DNA of 64,000 bases from Heterodontus francisci (lineage: Eukaryota), in NCBI RefSeq assembly GCF_036365525.1, contig NC_090379.1:107122673-107186672 (forward strand). Reading direction: 5' to 3'. The notes under the pieces are model-generated. The model was given only the letters and a program-made list of their open reading frames with translations. It had not been told where the DNA came from and made no database searches. Both the position numbers and the translations under genes were made by a program. This document shows, piece after piece, positions 1 through 12,900 of this stretch (positions are counted from its first letter, which is position 1; every line of letters begins with the position of its first letter).

Positions 1-1127
1 ACATCCTTCCTTAAATAAGGAGACCAATACTGTACACAGTAGCCCAGATGTGGTCCCACCAGTGCCCTGTATAGCTGAAGTATAATCTCCCTACTTCTGC
101 ATTCAATTCCCCTCACAATAAATGATAACATTCTATTAGCTTTCCTAATTACTTGCTATACTTACATACTAACATTTTGCAATTCATGCACTAAGACACC
201 CAGATCCCTCTGCATTTCAGAGCTCTGCAATCTCTCACCATTTACATAATATGCTTCCTTTTTATTCTTCCTGCCAAAATGGACAATTTCACATTTTGCC
301 ACATTATACTCTATTTGCCAGATCTTTGCCCACTCACTTAATCTATCTATATCCCTCTGTAGCCTCCTCTTCACAAGTTACTTTCCTACCTATCTTTGTG
401 TCATCAGCAAATTTAGCAATCATAGCTTCGGTCCCTTCATCCAAGTAATTTATATAAATTATAAAAAGTTGAGGCCCCAGCACTGGTCCCTGGGGCACAC
501 CAGTCATCACATCTCGCCAACCAGAAAATGACCCATTTATGCCTACTCACTGTTTCCTGTTAGCTAGCCAATCTTCTATCCATGCCAATATGTTAGCCCC
601 TACACCATGAGCTTTTATTTTCTGCAATAACCTTTGATGTAGCATGTTATCAAATGCCTTCTGGAAATTTAAATACAGAACATCCACAAGTTCCCCTTTA
701 TCCACAGCGCATGTTACTTCTTCAAAGAACTCCAATAAATTGGTTAAACATGATTTCCCTTTCAGAAAACCACGTTGACTCGGCCTGATTACCTTGAATT
801 TTTCTAAGTGCCCTTCTATAACATCTTTAATAATTGCTTCAAACATTTTCTCTATGACAGATGTTAAGCTAACTGGCCTGTAGTTTCCTGCGTTCAGTCT
901 CCTCCCCTCCCCCCCCCCCTCCTTTTTTGAATTAAGGAGTTACATTGGCTATTTTCCAATCTAATGGAACCTTCCCCAAATCTGGGGAATTTTGGAAAAT
1001 TAAAACCAACGCATCAACTATCTCACTAGCCACTTCTTTTAAGACCCTAGGATGAAGTCCATCAGGACCCAGGGACTTGTCAGCCTGCAGCTCCAACAAT
1101 TTGTTCAGTACCACTTCCCTGGTGATT
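1..1127 (-). mobile_element. CR1 LINE ORF2 (reverse transcriptase) fragment, decayed; runs off the window start
   Basis: Minus-strand ORF pieces with CR1 RT motifs: KSLGPDGLHPRVLKE, SQRGFLKGKSCLTNLLEFFE, LNFQKAFD, LQRDIDRLSEWA; frameshifts and stops between the pieces. Confidence 0.93.
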
Positions 1128-1510
1128 GGACACAAAATCTAAACAGGGACATCCAGTGCAACTCTGAGGGAGCGCTGCACTGTCAGCGGTGCCGTTATTC
1201 AGATATGATGAACGACCAAAACCCTGTCTGTCCTATCAGGTAGGCATACAAGATCCCATGGCACGATTTCAAAGAACAGTGGAGTTCTGCCAGGTATTCT
1301 GCCCAATATTATCCCTTAACCAACATCACTAAAAAACAGATTATCTGATCATTATCAAACTGCTGTTTGTGGGAGATGCTGTGTCACAAATTGGCTGCCA
1401 TGTTTCCGACATTACAACAGTTACTACGATTCAAAAGTACTTCATTTGTTGTAAAGTACTTTGGAAAGTCCTAAAATCATGAAAAGCATCATAAAAATAC
1501 AAATCTTATC
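1128..1510 (+). mobile_element. DeuSINE (SacSINE1-like), 5'-truncated
   Basis: Aligns by eye with the full-length copies at 15866-16283 and 57470-57915 (ctgagggagcgctgcactgtc... ctgctgtttgtgggag... aaagtacttcatt). Confidence 0.8.
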
Positions 1511-1699
1511 CTTTTATCAGGACTGGCACCACATTGGGATGATCAAGTAAAAGTAAGAGAGCAGTTAGGGTTAGGTTCTGCTTCAACACCACTGTCTCAA
1601 TAACCTAGCAACAAGCACCTTCAGACCCAAAAGAGGATTTATATCCTCCCCTCTCAGTGGAATCCAATAAAGCTTGCTGCAGTCAATTTCATGCCAAGT

Positions 1700-4093
1700 T
1701 AGGGACCAGAAAGGGGATCTACAGATAGAGGCGTGATTGTGATACTAATGAGCATTTTGCATCTGTCTTCACCAAGGAAGAATATGCTGCCAAAGTCACT
1801 GTGAAAGCGGAGGTAGTTAAGATACTGGATGGGTTAAAAATTAAGAAAGAGCAGATATTAGAAAGGCTGGCTGTACTTAAAGTTGATAAATCACAAGGAC
1901 CAAGGATGCTGAGGAAAGAAAGGGTAGAAATCGCAGAAGTACTGGCCTTAATCTTCCAATCCTCCTTTGATACGGGGTGGTGCCAGAGGATTGGACAATT
2001 GCAAATGTTGCACCCTTGTTCAAAGAAAGGTGTAAGGATAACCCAGCAAATGTAGGCCAGTCAACATGTTTAGAAACAATAATCCAGGACAAAATCAACA
2101 GTCACTTGGCCAAGTGTGCATTAATTAAGGCAAGTCGTGTTTAACTAACCTGAGTGAGTTTTTTGATGAGGTAACCGAGTGGGTTGATGAGGGTAATGTG
2201 GTTGATGTGATGTATATGGGCTTCCAAAAGACATTTCATAAAGTGCTACATAATAGGCTTATCAACAAAGCTGAAGCCCATGGAATAAAAGGGACAGCGG
2301 CCGCATGGATACAAAGTTGGCTGAGTTACAGGAAAGACAGAGTAGTGGTAAATGGTTGTTTTTCAAACTGGTGGATCAGTGCTAGGACCACTGCTTTTCT
2401 TGATCTATATTAATGACCTAGATTTGGGTGTACAGGGCATAACTTCAAAGTTTGCAGATGACACAAAAATTGGAAGTACCATGAACCATCAGGAGGACAG
2501 TGATAGACTTCAAAAGGACATAGACAGGCTGATGGAATAGGTGGACGGGTGGCAAATGAAATTTAATACAGAGAAGTGTAAAGTGATAGATTTTGGTAGG
2601 AAGAATGAGAGAGGAAATATAAAATAAAGGATACAATTCTAAAGGGGCAACAGGAACAGAGACATCTGAGAGTATATGTGCACAAATCATTGAAGGTGCA
2701 GGGCAGGTTGAGAAACTGGTTAAAAAGACATACAGGATTCAGGCTTTATAAGTAGAGGCACAGAGTACAAACCTTTATGAACCTTTATAAAGACTGGTTC
2801 AGCCTCAACTGGAGTACTGTGTCTAATTCTGGGCACCACACTTTGGTAAAGATGTGAAGGCTTTAGAGTGGGTACAGAAAAGATTTACAAGAATGGTTCC
2901 AGGGATGAGGGACTTCAGGCAAGTAACATTTGTACCACATAATTGCCAGGCAATGACCATTTCCAACAAGAGAGAATCTATCTCTCCATGGCATTCAACG
3001 GCATTACCATCGCTGAATGCCTCACCATCAACATGCTAGGGTTTACCATTGACCAGAAAATTAACTGGAGCAGCCACATAAATACGTTAGCTACAAGAGC
3101 AGGTCAGAGGCTGAGAATTCTGCATAGAGTAATTCACTTCCGGACTCCCCAAAGCCTGTCCAAGGTACAAGTCAAGAATGTGATACTCTCCACTTGCCTA
3201 GATGAGTGCTGCTCCAACAACACTCAAGAAGCTCCACACCATCCAGGAGAAAGCAACCCACTTGATTGGCACCCCATTCACTATCTTAAACATCCACTCC
3301 TCCTCCAACAGCGCACAGTGGCAGCAGTGTGTACCATCTACAATTTGCACTACAGCAACTCACCAGGCCTCCTTTGACTGCACCTTCCATACCCGTGACC
3401 TCTACCGCCTAGAAGGACAAAGGCAGCGGACGCATGGGAACACCACCACCTCCAAGTGCACATCATCTGGACTTGGAACTAGATCACCGTTCCTTCACTG
3501 TCACGGGTCAAGACCTGAAACTCTCTTCCTAACAACACTGTGGGTGGTCCTACACCACATGGACTGCAGTGGTTCGAGGCACCTTCTCAAAGGCAATTAG
3601 GGATGGGGAATAAATGCTGGCCTTGCCAGCAATGCTCTCATCCCATGAACAAATACATTTAAAAGAAGTGACATGGATAGATTGGAGAAATTGGGGCTGT
3701 TCCCTCCAGAGAAGAAAAGGTGGAGATGATATTTCAAAATCATGAGGGGTCTAGACAGGGTGGATAGAAAGAAACTGTTCCTATTGGCAGAAGGGTTGAA
3801 AATCAGAGGACACCAATTTTAGGTGTATGGCAAAAGAACCAAATGTGTCATGATAAAAAACTTTTATGCAAGTGGTTAGGATCTGGAATGCACTGTCTGG
3901 AAGTGTGGTGGAGGCAGATTCAGTCATGGTTTTCAAAAGGAAACTGGATGAGCATGTTAAGAGAAAAAATTTGCAAGGTTGCGGGGAAAGGGTGGGGGAG
4001 TGGGACTAGCTGAGTGCTGTTGCAGATAGCTGACATGGACATGATAGGCCGAATAGCCTCCTTCTGTGCTGTAACCATTCTATGATTCTATGA
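1700..4093 (+). mobile_element. CR1 LINE 3' part (RT to tail), interrupted at about 2919-3662 by a family-B LINE fragment
   Basis: ORF pieces GSVLGPLLFLIYINDL, SKFADDTK, ALEWVQKRFTRMVPG; CR1 3' stem (aggccgaatagcct) and ttctatga-repeat tail at about 4078-4093. Confidence 0.9.
2919..3662 (+). mobile_element. CR1-group LINE family B, 3' fragment
   Basis: Same sequence as 39590-40376; ends in the family tail gggcaattagggatggg..aataaatgctggcc..catcccatgaa. Confidence 0.88.
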
Positions 4094-5109
4094 AGTTATT
4101 GGAGATAATGAGATCCATCCAGTTTCAAGGTAAAATTGATTTCCACATTGTGTATTTTATTATGAATTAGTAGCAAGGGCTAGACACTGTGGCTTTGAAA
4201 ATAGCTGCCATGACTATTGCTGTTTCAAGAACACTTTGGGGGAGAAAAAAGGCAAACTTCTACAAAGGCTGGAAATGTGAAACAGAAACAGCTGGAGTCA
4301 CAGTTGACCGGAGAGAATTGGGTGATATTTCAGACATAAAACCTTTCTTTCTTCGAAACTGAACATAATTACAGGTCAAAAAGCACTGATGAAGTAGCAG
4401 AACAAGGGAAAGGTGGAGATTAGAACAGAAAGTTGGAGGAAAACAAACACACACGCACACAAGAGAAAACAGAGAATGACCCATACAGTGCTAAGGTGAG
4501 AATGATGTGAAAACTGTTCAATGCATTAGTGATATGCACAGGTATCTTCTGCCCTTGAACCATTCTCTTTGAGAAATTTGGAGGATTCAGAGAAAAAATT
4601 AGCAAAGTGCAGCTACACTGCCTGAGAGAGAGTTGTTAAATGAAAATCTCAAGTTCCAATGTGTGCCGAAAGTAGCATCAGAGCCAAAACGTGTTTCTGT
4701 ATTTATATAAAAAGAAAACATAATTTTAGAAGCAAGCTCTGATTACATCTTCAGAGCCTCTTCAGAGTGTACAGAGAGCTTTGCTCTGTATCTAACAGCT
4801 GGCACCGATAATGATCAAAAACCTTATTGGGGTGTGTGCAGTTATAATATCACACAACTTTACTCTCCCACCCTCACCCATCGTTTGTCATGTGTCTTGT
4901 GTGCCTGAAGTACAGCCACGGGGGCAGTGAACAGAATGCAAGCTCCTGGGGTGCATGGTTGTTCCCACCTCATCACTTCGTTTTTGCCAAGACAGTGAGC
5001 ATTGGTTGACTATCAGATTGTGGAGGAAATCACAGTCGAACTCAACCCTCTCCTACCCCATTGATACACACCCATAGACTGCCAGCCGCAGCTCTGTGGT
5101 AGTGCTCTA

Positions 5110-5315
5110 GCCAACCTTTATCCCTCAATCAACATCACTAAATCAGTTTATTTGGTCAGAGATGTGTGTGGGAGCTTGCTGTGCGCAAAATGGGTGTCAT
5201 GTTTCCAACGTCACAGCAGTGATTACACTTCAGAAAGTACTATTTGATTGCAAAGCATTCGGGACAGCCTGAGGTAGTGAAATACGCTTCATAAATGCAA
5301 GTCTTTCTTTCTTTC
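5110..5315 (+). mobile_element. DeuSINE 3' half
   Basis: ccctcaatcaacatcactaa... gtgggagcttgctgtgcgcaaa... ataaatgcaagtctttctttc tail shared with the other copies. Confidence 0.75.
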
Positions 5316-5574
5316 AGAGGCACACTTTTCAGTACAAGACCCTCTTCTGTTTGAACCAATTGATTTGGCTTCAGGTTTCCCTCAATGCTACACAATGATC
5401 GTTAATTACTAGCAAGTGGCCCTTCTATGAGGAGGGTCCCACAAAAACAACTCATTCAAGACAACAAACTCAAATACGATTCTGGAAATCAGAGAAGGAA
5501 TCTCTGTTTCACTGGTGAATATGTAATGGTAAATGACATTTCTGAGCTGAAGAAGCGAATGGTGGAAGTCAGAA

Positions 5575-5760
5575 TTAAAAACAGACAACACTGGGAATAC
5601 ACTGCGGTCAGTCAGTGTCTGAATGGGAAGGGACAAGTCAATGTTTCAGCTGGCACCCTTCATCAGTTCAGCCAAAAGGGTCTCCACCCAGAACGTTATT
5701 CTCCTTTTTTCTCTCTCTGAGGTTAACTGGAATGCTGGGTATTCCCAGCATTTTGTGACT
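5575..5760. mobile_element. Two head-to-head degenerate Penelope-like terminal repeat fragments
   Basis: Left half resembles the reverse complement, and right half the forward strand, of 37504-37600; ctgggaatac (5591-5600) and gtattcccag (5739-5748) are exact inverted copies. Confidence 0.6.
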
Positions 5761-5904
5761 TGTGTAGCTGCTGCACTGTCAGGAAAGTTATGCATTCTGC
5801 ACACTGGGATAAGCAAGCCCAGCACAGAAACCTCATCGAAGTGAACTAGAATGAGGCTCAAACTCCATCCGCCACTGAAGTACAGCACTCAGCTCACCAG
5901 AAAG

Positions 5905-6195
5905 AAAGAACTTCCCAAATCCTTTCAAATTTTTGAATGTAATCACTGCTGTAATACAGAGAAACGTAGCACTCAATTTGTGCACAGCAAGATTCTACAA
6001 ACAGAAATGAAATCAGTGGAAAGATGATCTGTTTTAATGATGCTGGTTGAGGGATAAATATTGGCCAGGACACTGGGGAGAACTCCACTGCTCTTCTTTA
6101 CCATGGGATCTTTTATGTCCACCTGATGAGTAAGACAGGTCTCAAATTAATGCCTCATCCAATAGACAGAACCTCCAAAAATGCAGCACTCCCTA
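5905..6195 (-). mobile_element. DeuSINE, partial
   Basis: Reverse complement of the Deu-domain sequence seen in the other copies (gagggataaatattggccaggacactggggagaact). Confidence 0.78.
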
Positions 6196-6251
6196 TTCTT
6201 GGTTCTTTGTTTGAAGTGTCAGTCTAGTTTATGAACATATGCCCTACTGAC

Positions 6252-7133
6252 TGTCACGCCCACTGGAAGTGCAATGATATAACAATCATGGACTAACTCT
6301 GAAGAGTTATGAAAAACTGTCTTTAAAAGATGAACTTTTATTTTAAAAAGTGAACAATGGTCCAAAATGGCCAAAGAGAAAAGAGATTGGCCTTTTGTGT
6401 AATCAAATCGTCTAACAAAGACAAAGTACAAATTTTCAAAGCACAGAGGGGGTCAATTACACCCCATCCTAAAATCATTCCAGAATTGAATGTCTTCTTC
6501 TGAAACAAAAAAGGTGTGAAGTAGCCAAGTCCTGAGCCATTGTGTGATCACCATGGAAAAGAGATGAGAACGTTTCCTACCAGGAGGTGAGAGATGACAC
6601 AGGTTTACATTTAAAAAAACTCAGCCAGAGAGAAAGAGAGCAAGAAGCAACATCCTAACAGTTTGTGTTCCAGCCAGACAGGAAGCACACGCCCTGCTGC
6701 AGAATCCGACATCTGCATTATACAGCAGTGAGAGTTAGAAGTAGCCCACCGTCTTCAATTGTACCTGCAATCAAGAGAGGGATCTACACTCATCTCAGGC
6801 CTGCATCTATCGAGAACTTGATTTCCAAGAGAATTCAATGCGTTTATTTTAACCTATCCCCCCCACTAAAAACCATCTTCCTTTTTCACTTCTCTGTCTG
6901 CTTCTTGTGTGTGCGCATGAGCTGATGCGGTTGTGACAATTTCGGGATAAGGCGTATCGATCAATAAACAATTGACTTTCTGTATTTTTAAAACCTATAA
7001 GAAAACCTGTTGCTGTCCATTTATTTGAAAAATAAAACACTAAGGGGCTAAACTCTAACACAAATACACTGCTGCAGTCAGTTGGGGAGTTGATCAGTAG
7101 GAATCACCCACTTCACACCACATGGCCGTAACA
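6252..7133 (+). mobile_element. Solo LTR, LTR family 2 (Gypsy-like)
   Basis: TGTCACG...CGTAACA termini; flanks tgac/tgat (3 of 4 match as TSD); colinear with the reverse complement of 28912-29812; AATAAA near 6963. Confidence 0.82.
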
Positions 7134-8070
7134 TGATGCAGAAAATGTAAATGTCACACTGATGTAACAGCACCACTCTTCCATTGAGGCAGTGTAAAAG
7201 AAACTTTATCTAACCCTGCTGTACCTGCCCTGGGAAAACATGTCGATTCTCGCGAATTTATCACGAAAGACATGATTTCGAAATAAAATTCAGCTTCACT
7301 TTGAATCTCGCAAGAGGGCTCTGAAATGTCAGGATTTTTGCTATAATAAGGAAGGCTGTTTTATGATGCCATTAATAATGAGATTAATCACAGCAACCTG
7401 CATACACAAAATGCTCTGCGCTCCAGAAATTGCTGCTATCCCTGACCAGCACCCTGGGTATCTCTAAAGACCAGCCACCCATCCCACCAACTCCACCCAA
7501 CTCCCCCCACCTCCCCAGCCCCTTCTCCCCACCCATTCACTCACTCATGCTCGGGGTGGGGGTAGGGGTAGGCACAAGACACCTTTTGTTGCCCCTGTGG
7601 TTGCCTGTTTATGACGAGGGGACTTCTGGGTAAAGTCAGTGACAGTTCAGAGTCCAGATCGTTAACGGAAAGTGAGTTTTCTCAGAGGAGAATGATACAG
7701 CGATAGGAGTGGCGGAGAGAAATGCAGGGCAGGTGTAGGCAGAGAATAAAAGGATAAAATCCCAAACCCGATAGTGCGAGGCATTCAGACACTGAAGCCT
7801 TTGTTCTGAGGGAAGGCACATCATCCTAGCAAGTTACTGGCGCACTGATCACGTGGTAGTGCAAGAATATTGCACACAGCACATAATCCTGGGCATGACC
7901 TGACTGTCTTGGGCTCTGACCAATAGGAACAGCATGGGTGGCGGTGAGAGGACCAAACCAGCAGCGTCTCCTCCAACCAACAGAGGTGCAGCAAGGCAGG
8001 GAGGCATCCTCTCCAGCTCAGGTGCAATAGGGTCAACTGTAATAACAAGTTGGAAGCCATTCAGCACCTC

Positions 8071-8720
8071 GAGTATTTGATGGGACAAGGTAGAAGGAGC
8101 TTTAACTTTGTATCTAACCCATGCTACACCTGTCTTGGGAGTGTTTGATGGAACAGTGTAGAGGGAATTTTAATAAGTATTTAATCACCATGGTTGCTAG
8201 TCCTGATTATTAACCAGGCACACTTGCAAGAAGGGCTTGTGTGCGGATAGGCCTTGGAATTCCTGCTCTATGAGAGAGGCTCTGTAATAGATTTTGTAAA
8301 GTGTTTTCAGATGCAGCAATATAGCTTTTGTAAAATGTCTGGCCTGCTCAGATTAAATAAACCAGTATTGAGGTTTAAAAACCAACTGCCAATCTATATC
8401 AGTTTATGTTTGTAAACGATAGCAACTCATGATTTTTATTCCAAATCGCTTGATTCATAAGTGTTTGTCTCCTGATTTATTATACATTAGTGTTGGCATT
8501 ACTGCCTGCAAGTGTTTGTGGGACAGTTAAAAGGAGCTTTACTCAGTACCTAACCTGTGCTGTACCTGTCCTGGGAGTGTTTGATGGGACAGTGTAGAGG
8601 GAGCTTTACTTTGTATCTAATCTGTGCTATACCTGCCTTGGGAGTATTTGATGGTTCTGCATACAGGGAGCTTTACTTAGTGTCTAACGTGTGCTGTACC
8701 TGTCCTGGGAGTGTGTGATG
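8071..8720. repeat. 67-bp tandem repeat (gagtgtttgatgggacagtgtagagggagctttac..tgtatctaac..gtgctgtacctg.cctgg), about 5 units in two blocks
   Basis: Unit starts at 8071, 8139, about 8511, 8575, 8642 and 8709 (67-bp spacing in the last three); unrelated sequence at about 8188-8510; partial units also near 4766 and 7189. Confidence 0.88.
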
Positions 8721-9084
8721 CTGACACTGGGTGCCTGAAATAGAACAAAGTTCCTTTCTGAGCATTAATATCTCTCATCTTGTTGAAACAAAATACTCAC
8801 AAAAAATAGTTCCTTTTCTCAACCTCCGATAAACAAAACGTTGAATATGTTAAATAAGTTCAGATAAAGAGATCAGGAGATCCCAACAGTTTTGCAGGGT
8901 TCTCTTTCTACGATGCAACTTATTAGTACATTTCTACAGTACATCATTCAAACAGAGATGCATCCGCCAGTAAAGGAACCAACAGGAGGGTAGAATCTAC
9001 ATTCTACGTGATAGCGTGGCTAGTAGTAACCATTCAATTTGGTTCCACCCTCGTGATATCAAAAAATAAAAGTAAAAAAATGTA

Positions 9085-9265
9085 AGGTTTGCATTTCTAT
9101 CGTGCCATTCATGACCTCAGGCCATCCCAAAGTGCTTTACAGCCAATGAAGTACATCTGAATTGTAGTCACTGAAGGGAAACGCAGCAGCTAACTAGCTT
9201 ACTGCAATATCCTACAGATAGTAATGAAATAAATGGCCAGATAATCTGTGTTATTGATGTTATCC
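9085..9265 (-). mobile_element. DeuSINE 3' end
   Basis: ttgcatttctat..gcc..tcatgacctcagg.catcccaaagtgctttacagccaatgaagtac is the reverse of the SINE tail. Confidence 0.72.
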
Positions 9266-9849
9266 ATTCTAGGTACTTCAACAGCACCATCTACCATCAA
9301 GAAAGACAAAATCAGCAATGTCAGAAGGCTTTATCAACACACCTTGCCTTAAGTACATCTCAAGTCACACACCACCTGAGTTGGACAGATATCACTGCCA
9401 CTGTTTAAATAACCTGGAACTACCAACCTAGCATCTTGTGGAGCACATTTTCCACATAGTCGGCAGCAGCTCAGGAGAAGGCCCACCACCTTCTCAGGGC
9501 AGTCCCCATCATCTTGTCACTGCCGCCCACACCCCGAGAATGGAAATTTCTGCAATAATCACACTGAAATATTTCACCTTTACATTTCATGTGCTCTTTG
9601 CTAATTTCATTTTTCAACCTGAGGGCAAGATTCTTTTGTAATGAGATCATGCTGCACAAACATGTCAATGAGTTTGTGCAAAATTCTTTTGAACACTATT
9701 ATCAAGTAAGATGTTAATTCCTTTATTTTAAATGTTCTGAAATTTAACAACATGTAAATTACATGAGAAGAAATGGGGCCTTGCTCTGGGTGTGGGGAGT
9801 CAGCAGGGAGTGATGGGGAATTGCAGGGAAGCACAACTGGAAACAGGGG

Positions 9850-9970
9850 ACTATGACGGGGAAATGGGATTGTATGATGGGGAAACGGGATTGTACGATG
9901 GGGAAACGAGAGGGTACGATGGGGAAACGAGAGGGTACGATGGGGAAACGAGAGGGTACGATGGGGAAAT
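9850..9970. repeat. 21-bp minisatellite (tacgatggggaaacgagaggg), left part
   Basis: About 6 tandem units, three of them identical; source of the repetitive ORFs 9607-10113. Confidence 0.93.
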
Positions 9971-12900
9971 ACAAGAACACAAGAAATAGGAGCAGGAGTA
10001 GACCATGTGGCCCATCGAGCCTGCTCTGCCATTCAAAACAATCATGGCTGATCTTTCCTTCAACTTCACTTTCCCACCACTCGCCATACCCCTTGATTCC
10101 GAGAGACCAATAATCTTTCTATCCCAGCCTTAAATGTATTCAACGATGGAGCATCCACAACCCTCTGGGGTAGAGAATTCCAAAGATTCACAATGCTTTG
10201 AGCAAAGTAATTTCTCCTCATCTCAGTCCTAAATGATCAACCCCTTATCCTGAGACTGTGCTCCCGTGTTTTAGATTCCCTGACCAGCAGAAATAATCTC
10301 TCAGACTATCCAATCCAGCCCCTTTAGAATCTTATATGTTTCAATGAGATCATCTCGCATTCTTCTAAACTCCAGAGAATACAGGCCCAATTTACTTCAT
10401 CCCTCATCAAAGGACAACCCCCTCATCCCAGGGACCAATCTAGTGAACTTTCGCTGCACTGCCTCCAATGCCTCCAAGTATATCCTGTCTTAAATGCGGA
10501 GACCAAAACTGTGCACAGTATTCCAAATATGGTCTCACCAAAACCCTGTACAATTGTAGCAATACTTCCTTGTTCCTGTACTCCAATCCCCTTGCAATAA
10601 AGGCCAACATGCCATTGCCTTCATTATTTGTCATAACTAATGTAGTGCCAACTTTCAGGCCATTTTTGTGAAACATATTTTAAATCCAAAACCCCAATAA
10701 AGATGGCAAGCTCATGGGAGTGGCTTAGGGAATAGGATTGACTGGCAGGAGTTTCAAGCCAGGCTAACCTGACTAAGGTGCATTCATATTCAAACAAACA
10801 TTTCACACTGACAAGCTGGGTGGAAGTAAACCCAGGCTGGTTGACGCCATCACCATCTAACATTCTAACATGATTACTGGGAACAATACCCCGAGAGGTA
10901 ACTCAATATCGCACAAATCAGTCCCAACTGCGACTGGTGGAAGGCAGGAGATGGCTGGGCCATAGTCTTCCAGGAGATAAACCAGTTAAGATTGGTTTGA
11001 GATTGAAACCCATTACCTGCTAATGGGGGCCGTCAACTCAGGAAACGACAGACATTCAGTAATCAGCACTCACTGTCTCTCCAGGTGCCAGGTCTGGGAG
11101 TGGGGAAACAAAATATCATCTTTCACAAAGATTTCAAAGGTTATGAGTGACTCCAGGCCACGGGGGAGGTCCAGACAGATCACCTGAGTCAATATATCGA
11201 TCAGTATTGGCGGGAGAAAAGGTGATGGGTTTTGAATATATATATGGAGCCGTTTGCCAACGGTGCTTACTCTTCTCTCTTCTCCTCGGCATCAATCTAC
11301 AGCGGGTCTCCTGAGTGGGGCTCAGCTCGATTCAACGGAACACCGGCAGAAGCTGAGTGCTGCTCTTCAACCCTCATCAACGGACCTCAACTCAAACTGA
11401 AACTTGGATACTGCGTCGGCAGTACAGAACCAAGAGCGAGACGTAGAGCAAGAAGCTGTAAGCAAGACAACAGGCAATCGGGGTAAGCATAGTGCCTGCG
11501 CCTACACATCCACAAAACCCTTAGCTGTGTGAGGGGGTGATTGGAAGTCCCAACCAAACCTGAGAGGGGTTTAGTGCTGGGAGTCCTGTGTTAGTTTATT
11601 TCACAGGAGAGTTCTTTTATTAGGCCAAGGTAATTTAGCACGGTAGGGCTTGTTGGACAAGCCAGGGCTGTACTGTTTTGAACTGTTTACAAGTATTATT
11701 GTTAATCTTATTAAACACAATACGGTTGAGCCCGAAAAATGTGAGTCCGAGACTGATCTGTCCATATAATCCCTATCGTCTAGAACTTGTAGTGAGAGGT
11801 GTGTTTTTGATAAGCCAGAGAAAACCACTTACACTACATGTTAACTTTCTTCGTTCCTCGTACAAGCACACCCAAGTCTCTTTGAACATCGACCCTTACA
11901 AGTTGCAAACCATTTAAAAAATATTCTGCTTTTCTATTCTTACGACCAAAGTGCACGACTTCACACTTCCCTATATTTTACTCCATTTGTCATCTTGTTA
12001 CCCACTCACTTAACCTGCTTATATCTCTTTGCAGCCTCTCTGTGTCCCCTCCACAGCTTACCTTTCCACCTACCTTTGTATCATCAGCAAACTTAGATAC
12101 ATTATTCACCGTCTCTTCATCCAAATCACTAATATAGATTGTACATAGCTGAGACCCCAGCATTGATCCTTGTGACACTCCACTATTTACTGCCTGCCAA
12201 CTTGAAAATGCCCCATTTATGCCCACTTGTTGCTTTCTGTCTGTTAACCAATCATCTACCCATGCTAATATATTACCCCCAACTCCATGAGCCCTTATCT
12301 TGCCAATGAACCTTTTGTGTGGCACCTTATCAAATGCCTTTTGGAAATCCAAGAATGCATCTACTGGTTCCCCTTTATCTACCCTACTAGTTACATCCTC
12401 AAAAAACTCTAATAAATTTGTCAAACAGGATCTCCTTTTAGTAAACCCATGTTGACTTGTTCCAATTATAGCGTGCTTTTCTAAGTGCTTTGTTAAGGCT
12501 TCCTTAATAATAGATTCCAGCATTTTCCAAACGACTGGTGTTAGGCTAACTGGCTTGTAGTTCCCTGTTTTCTCTCCCCCTCCTTTCTTGAAAAGTGGTG
12601 TAACATTTGCCAACTTCCAATCGGATGGGACCATTTCGAATCTAAGGAATTTTGGAAAATCATTGCTACCGCATCCACAATATCTGTAGCTATCTCTTTT
12701 AGAACCCTAGGATGTAGGCCATCAGGTCCAGGAGATTGGTCAGATTTTAGTCCCTTAAGTTTCTCCAATACTTTTTCTCTGCTGATATGAATTTCTTTAA
12801 TTTCCTCACTCTTTTTAGCCCCTAGGTTACTGGCTATTTCTGGTATGGAACTTCTGTCTTCTACTGTGAAGACAGACACAAAACATTTGTTCAATGCCTC

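Noticed and set aside
6735-6764. Apparent minus-strand terminal exon (strong acceptor, VQLKTVGYF-stop, downstream AATAAA near 6338)
   Set aside because: It lies wholly inside the solo LTR 6252-7133, and the homologous segment is present in the second copy at about 29260-29370, so it is repeat sequence rather than a host exon
8071-8720. Repeat array that could be mistaken for CRISPR
   Set aside because: Units are contiguous and degenerate with no unique spacers, there are no cas genes, and the context is vertebrate
9607-10113. Repetitive ORFs (FPHRTLS, GYDGETR, MGKREGT repeats)
   Set aside because: Translation artefacts of the 21-bp minisatellite plus the CR1 tail
11232-11486. 84-aa ORF inside the LTR-like insert
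   Set aside because: Non-ATG start, no recognisable motif, and length compatible with chance
11990-12634. Longest ORF (214 aa) as a functional or domesticated reverse transcriptase
   Set aside because: It is one frameshift-bounded piece of a CR1 ORF2 that is disrupted elsewhere and interrupted by an insertion
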